Shown here: positions 61,303-64,000 of the stretch, in pieces
How positions within the stretch are numbered: the first letter of the stretch is position 1
Layout: each line of letters begins with the position of its first letter
Source of the DNA: an uncultured Solibacteraceae bacterium
GTDB lineage: Bacteria > Acidobacteriota > Vicinamibacteria > Vicinamibacterales > SCN-69-37
Assembly (NCBI GenBank): GCA_964489685.1
Contig: CAZAZR010000003.1
Span: 2,536-66,535, forward strand
Reading direction: 5' to 3'
Length of the DNA stretch: 64,000 nucleotides
Notes under the pieces: generated by a model
What the model was told of the DNA's origin: nothing
Seen by the model: only the letters and a program-made list of their open reading frames with translations
Database searches by the model: none
Made by a program: the position numbers and the translations under genes

Positions 61303-62603
61303 GTGGTCACCACCGCCGGCTCTGATCCGTCCAGGGCCCATTGCCGCTGGCCTTGCGGCACCACCGACAACAGGGCCGCCTGACTGGTGGACAGGAACGT
61401 CCGCACGGCGCGTTGCACATCCGCGGTCGTCACACGCAGGTACCGATCAAGGTCCTGAGCGAAGTACCCGGGCTCCCCGGTATAGACGTTGTAGGCGTTC
61501 AGCTGATCGGCTTTGCCCCCGAAGCCGCCAAGCGTCTCCAATCGATAGAGGAACGACGCCTCTGCCTGCACGCGCGCGCGCTCAAGTTCAGCCGCTGACG
61601 GTCCGTGTGTCGCCAGGCGCTCCAACTCGTCCATGACGGCAAGACGCAGTTCTTCGAGCATCACGCCAGGCGCTGCGGTCGCCACGACCTGGAACAGGCT
61701 GCCCAATTCGCGTGATCCCTGACCGGCGCCAAGGCCGGCCGCGCGGCGCCGATCATGCAGAAGGGTGCGATACAGCCGCGACGTCCGGCCGTTGGCCACC
61801 AGATCCGCAGTCACATCAAGCACGGCATCGCCTTCGGCAAACAGTGCCGGACTTGGAAACACCAGGTACAGGCGCGGCAGTTCCACGCGGTCTTCGAGCA
61901 GCAGGCGGCGTGGCGCGGGTAACGCCGCCGGTGTCATGGGCGGCCGCAGTTCGGGGCCGGCGGGAATATCGCCAAACAGCCGCTCCACAAGTGCCATCAC
62001 CGCATCCGTGCGCACATCGCCGGCGATGGCGAGCGACGCGTTGGCCGGGTGGTAGTACTGTTGGAAAAACGCCCGCGCGTCATCAACAGTGGCGGCGCGC
62101 AAGTCGGACGGATACCCGATCGTGGGCCAGTGATACGGATGGTCAGACGGGTAGATCGCCTCGGACAACGCGAAGTGCGCGAGGCCGTACGGCCGATTCT
62201 CATAACTCTGGCGGCGTTCGTTGAGGACCACCTCACGCTCGGTCTCAAAGCGCTCGACCGACAACGCGGGCACCAGCCAGCCCATCCGATCGGCCTCCAT
62301 CCAGAGGGCCAGTTCCGTCGCGCCTGCCGGAACAACGGACCAGTAGTTGGTCCGATCGGCGCTGGTGGAACCGTTGAGGGACCCTCCCGCTTCCTGCAAG
62401 GGCTCAAAAAAACCGCGCGGCTGATGCTCGGCCCCCTTGAACATCAGGTGTTCAAACAGATGCGCCAGGCCGCTGCGTCCTGGCGCCTCGTTGGCAGAGC
62501 CCACGTGGTACCAGATGTTGACGGCCACCAACGGCAAATGGTGGTCCTCATGGACGACGACCTGAAGGCCGTTGCCGAGCGTGTGTTTGGTGAACGGAAT
62601 CAA
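61299..62603 (-). CDS. M16-family zinc peptidase (pitrilysin/insulinase type), catalytic subunit
   Basis: 434 aa. Inverted zinc motif HxxEH in GLAHLFEHLMFKG and a downstream NGSTSADRTNY region. The TTG start overlaps the Mrp stop by TTGA. Confidence 0.85.
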   Translation of the reverse strand: MIPFTKHTLGNGLQVVVHEDHHLPLVAVNIWYHVGSANEAPGRSGLAHLFEHLMFKGAEHQPRGFFEPLQEAGGSLNGSTSADRTNYWSVVPAGATELALWMEADRMGWLVPALSVERFETEREVVLNERRQSYENRPYGLAHFALSEAIYPSDHPYHWPTIGYPSDLRAATVDDARAFFQQYYHPANASLAIAGDVRTDAVMALVERLFGDIPAGPELRPPMTPAALPAPRRLLLEDRVELPRLYLVFPSPALFAEGDAVLDVTADLVANGRTSRLYRTLLHDRRRAAGLGAGQGSRELGSLFQVVATAAPGVMLEELRLAVMDELERLATHGPSAAELERARVQAEASFLYRLETLGGFGGKADQLNAYNVYTGEPGYFAQDLDRYLRVTTADVQRAVRTFLSTSQAALLSVVPQGQRQWALDGSEPAVVTT

Positions 62604-63685
62604 TTGATCGGCGTCAGCGGAATGGCTTTCCGCGCATAGGAGGCAATCGACACCTGCTGTGCCACGCGTGCAGCCGCCGCTGCCAGAGCCACGGCCGCCG
62701 GCGACTCGGGCGCCGACAACACGATGGGGTTGCCCGCATCGCCACCGGCTCGAACCGGCTCCGAGAGCGGAATACTGCCCAGGAATGGGACGCCCAGTTC
62801 GAGGGCGAGCGCCTCACCGCCGCCTTTGCCGAAGATGTCGCTTTCCGTTCCACAGCCGCCACACACGAAGTAGCTCATGTTCTCGATGACGCCGATCACC
62901 GGAATATTGAGCTTCTGGTACATCTTCACGGCGCGCCTGGTATCGGCAATCGAGACCGTCTGCGGTGTGGTCACCACCACAGCCCCGGCCACCGGCACCG
63001 TCTGGCTCAGGCTCAGCGCCACGTCGCCCGTCCCGGGGGGCATGTCCACGATCAGATAGTCCACCTCCGCCCACTTCACGTCGCGAAAGAACTGTGTGAT
63101 CGCGCCATGCAGCATCGGCCCGCGCCAAATGACCGGGGCATCGTCGGCTGTGAGGAACCCCATTGACACCGCCTGCACACCGTACCGCTCAGCCGGGAGG
63201 ATCTTGTTTTCATCCTGCTCCAGCCGCAGGCCTTTCTCAAACCCCAGCATGATGGGCACATTGGGCCCGTACATGTCGGCATCAAGCAATGCGACGCGGC
63301 TCCCTGCCTTCGCGAGCGCCACGGCGAGATTCACCGCCACGGTCGTCTTGCCGACGCCGCCCTTCCCCGCACCCACCGCAATGATGTTCTTCACGCCGTC
63401 CACTGGAGCGCGTCCGGCCTCAGGGCGTCCTGCCGCCCGCACCTGGGCGGTCATCTCCACGGCCACACTGGTCACGCCCGGCAACGCGCTCACGGCGGCC
63501 TTCGCCTGATCGCGCAGCACGTCCTTCACCGGACACGCGGGCGTGGTCAGTTCAACCGTGAACGCGACATGTCCGCCGCTGATGGTGACGTGCTTGACGA
63601 ACCCCAGAGTGACGATGTCGCGGTGCAGATCGGGGTCCTGCACGACGCGCAGGGCATCCAGGACAACTGTTTCAGAGAGGACCAT
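62600..63685 (-). CDS. apbC: Mrp/NBP35/ApbC-family iron-sulfur cluster carrier ATPase
   Basis: Trimmed from 447 aa to ATG 63685 (MVLSETVVLDALRVVQDPDLHRDIVTLGFV, DUF59-like N-terminus), 361 aa. Deviant Walker A GKGGVGKTT and the CGGC cluster-ligand motif (FVCGGCG). Confidence 0.9.
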   Translation of the reverse strand: MVLSETVVLDALRVVQDPDLHRDIVTLGFVKHVTISGGHVAFTVELTTPACPVKDVLRDQAKAAVSALPGVTSVAVEMTAQVRAAGRPEAGRAPVDGVKNIIAVGAGKGGVGKTTVAVNLAVALAKAGSRVALLDADMYGPNVPIMLGFEKGLRLEQDENKILPAERYGVQAVSMGFLTADDAPVIWRGPMLHGAITQFFRDVKWAEVDYLIVDMPPGTGDVALSLSQTVPVAGAVVVTTPQTVSIADTRRAVKMYQKLNIPVIGVIENMSYFVCGGCGTESDIFGKGGGEALALELGVPFLGSIPLSEPVRAGGDAGNPIVLSAPESPAAVALAAAAARVAQQVSIASYARKAIPLTPIN

Positions 63686-63744
63686 CTTTGGAATTGTACG
63701 AGAAGCTGGCGGCAATGTCGCCCAGCGATTCGGATCGCGAGTCA

Positions 63745-63999
63745 TCACTCGCTCATGACACCCGGGACGGCCACACGGGGCGGCCGGCCGAACACCTTGC
63801 GCGCGTCGTCGTTCAGGAGCACCCAGAAGGTATAGACACCGAGCGCGGTGCCGAAGGGCACCATCACGAGATTGGGTACGGCCATTAAGAGCGCCACAAG
63901 CCGCCCGCGTCCCTCGCGCCGCCTGAGCGCCCGGCCAGTCCACGCCGACGCCACGCCAGCGAGGATCAGGGAACCGCCGACGGTGGCCAACAACACCAC
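63745..63999 (-). CDS. Small membrane protein, function unknown; may extend beyond the right edge
   Basis: 84 aa as tracked (GTG at 63999), with two hydrophobic spans (LLATVGGSLILAGVASAW, LVALLMAVPNLVMVPFGTALGVYTFWVLL). The true start cannot be fixed at the window edge. Confidence 0.4.
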   Translation of the reverse strand: MVLLATVGGSLILAGVASAWTGRALRRREGRGRLVALLMAVPNLVMVPFGTALGVYTFWVLLNDDARKVFGRPPRVAVPGVMSE

Positions 64000-64000
64000 G

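Noticed and set aside
63686-63943. 86-codon upstream extension of the Mrp/ApbC ORF
   Set aside because: The DUF59-like N-terminus begins at ATG 63685 (MVLSETVVLDALRVVQDP). The extension is Arg/Ala/Gly-rich and overlaps the upstream small gene.
1-64000. Search for mobile elements, CRISPR arrays, defence-system hallmarks (nucleases, reverse transcriptase, Cas, toxin-antitoxin pairs) and rRNA/tRNA genes
   Set aside because: None were found. Every ORF over 150 aa with coding character was assignable to metabolic, envelope or glycan functions or to hypothetical membrane or secreted proteins. No non-coding stretch is long enough to hold an array or a structural RNA gene.

Overview
High-GC bacterial chromosomal segment. 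The gene content (paired DUF1501 and PSCyt/DUF1553 proteins, alpha-2-macroglobulin with PbpC, many glycan genes) suggests Acidobacteriota, Gemmatimonadota or a PVC-like lineage, but this cannot be proven from sequence alone. The window is almost entirely coding. I call 54 protein-coding genes, two of them interrupted by +1 frameshifts in short C runs. The longest non-coding gap is about 160 nt. I found no rRNA, tRNA, CRISPR array, integrase, transposase or phage gene. Content from left to right: (i) a glycan locus with a partial ABC-2 permease, an AsnB-type amidotransferase, three glycosyltransferases, a methyltransferase and an unusual Cys-rich protein (1-7153); (ii) sugar-metabolism and housekeeping genes (FGGY kinase, Gfo/Idh/MocA, GlcG-like, M20 peptidase); (iii) an isolated O-antigen-ligase-family gene with a short GT4 (12138-14245); (iv) a DUF1553/DUF1501 pair with a divergent cytochrome c (14372-18929); (v) nhaA, pyk, a DsbA-family gene and an outer-membrane barrel; (vi) a secreted GH30-like hydrolase with PKD repeats, divergent from a thioester alpha-2-macroglobulin coupled to pbpC (24359-34666); (vii) dehydrogenases, an amidase and a rhodanese; (viii) a large second glycan locus (38877-57547) with two polytopic membrane proteins, a visibly AT-richer tailoring module (2OG oxygenase, Trm112-methyltransferase, carbamoyltransferase, orphan protein), an epimerase, GT4/GT2/GT9 transferases, two methyltransferases, an RmlD-like reductase and a Wzx-like flippase; (ix) a secreted FG-GAP propeller, a secreted coiled-coil protein, an M16 peptidase pair and an Mrp/ApbC gene. 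Many tracked ORFs needed trimming, because long N-terminal extensions and antisense shadow ORFs are common at this GC content. Many adjacent genes overlap by 4 nt (ATGA, GTGA or TTGA). No single clear-cut novel system stands out. The best candidates for function-unknown biology are the DUF1553/DUF1501/cytochrome c module, the methyltransferase plus Cys-rich protein pair, and the orphan proteins in the glycan tailoring module.
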